NCBI GenBank assembly: GCA_051942245.1
Contig: JAVECL010000049.1
Location: 1-64,000 of the forward strand
Origin: Trypethelium eluteriae
Taxonomy: Eukaryota
Direction: 5' to 3'
DNA length: 64,000 nt
This document shows positions 63,076 to 64,000 of the stretch, piece after piece. The notes beneath the pieces were generated by a model, which worked only from the letters and a program-made list of their open reading frames with translations, had not been told where the DNA came from and did not search any database. Both the position numbers and the translations under genes were made by a program. Each line of letters begins with the position of its first letter. Positions within the stretch are counted from its first letter, which is position 1.

Positions 63076-63847
63076 TATCCTCCAAAACTCACCACGAGAT
63101 CACCCCCGGCCGCAACAGCACGGTTTGGACATCCTGATCGATGACTGCTTTGAGCGTTGCGGCTGAGATAGGAAAGTCCGAAGGTTAAACAGGGCTGGAT
63201 GCAATTCGGCCTTGTGCAACCTTTGAAATGAGCGTCGCTTTTGCTTGAATTGGCACACCTCGTCCAGGGGCGAGCACAAAACGATACCTCTCGTGCCTTG
63301 AAGCGTCAATCAGCAGATGCGGGAAGGCGGATAATCGGGACGCTTGTTACACTATTCATTTCCCTCAGATGTCGCGGTTACACAATCTCATCCAACTGTG
63401 ATCCGCCTCCCCACTGACTGCGCGTTAGACTACACGGCACATATACCGAAGAGCAGCATCGAAAGCTGGATGTTAGAACTACCAGATGTCGTCGCCGGTG
63501 TCCAGTTACACGAAAATTTTCCCGACCGGCTTTTTGGTGCTATAAGACGACTCGAACTTGGCAAGCCGAGTAAGACCAGCAAACGACTCATGTCTCAGCA
63601 AAGCCATGATACCGGAAATAGCCTCCATGAGCACTTTGTCGTGCAATTCCAGAATGTGTGGCGAGGATCTTGGGAACTACACAGACACGAGCCTTGAGGT
63701 ACAGACAACGTGTTGGATCTCAACGCCGCCCCTCTCATCCAAGACATTTGCTCAAGCACCTTCCAAATTCATGAGTTGCTCGACAGACACCATGTTCTAT
63801 TTCAGTTGGTGCGCCTGCCACATTTCCATTTCGATGTGAGTCGCTCT

Positions 63848-63885
63848 GGGTTTAGTCGGTCTCTCAGGGTTTAGTCGGTCTCTCA
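63848..63885. repeat. perfect 19-nt tandem duplication
   Basis: gggtttagtcggtctctca occurs twice in tandem. Confidence 0.85.
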
Positions 63886-64000
63886 GAGACTCGCCCAAGC
63901 ATCTCCGGCAGCTCATTCTTCTGAATTCATTTGTCCCTTGCTTGGCCACTTCCCCGGGAACAACCGCCCAGCCGGAAAAGCTGGGGACCGTGATTGGCGA

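Noticed and set aside
63100..63839. ORFs next to fold-back copy 2 as a possible transposase remnant
   Set aside because: No DDE/DDD or HTH similarity is visible. The autonomous partner is not evident in this window.

Overview
Eukaryotic, intron-containing DNA (GT-AG introns with CTRAC/CTAAY-type branch sites) typical of a filamentous ascomycete. I can support about 25 protein-coding genes. Housekeeping genes: Hst2-type sirtuin, RMT2, COG4, 5-oxoprolinase, an IMPACT/YigZ-like protein. Accessory or catabolic genes: GMC oxidoreductase, GH29 fucosidase with a GPI-like tail, a Zn2Cys6 factor paired with an amidohydrolase, a DUF2235 hydrolase, a dioxygenase-P450 fusion, a GNAT, a TcuA-like flavoprotein, a cupin / FMO-ADC fusion / FAD oxidase / MFS block, and a secreted tyrosinase. 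The clearest non-coding structure is a 181-bp, TA-flanked fold-back element (87-bp arms, 7-nt loop) present twice, once on each side of the tyrosinase gene. The copy 20 nt past the tyrosinase stop codon is a perfect palindrome. The copy upstream of the gene is diverged but shares four substitutions in both arms. Gene models were spliced by eye, and product calls come from motif recognition, not database searches.
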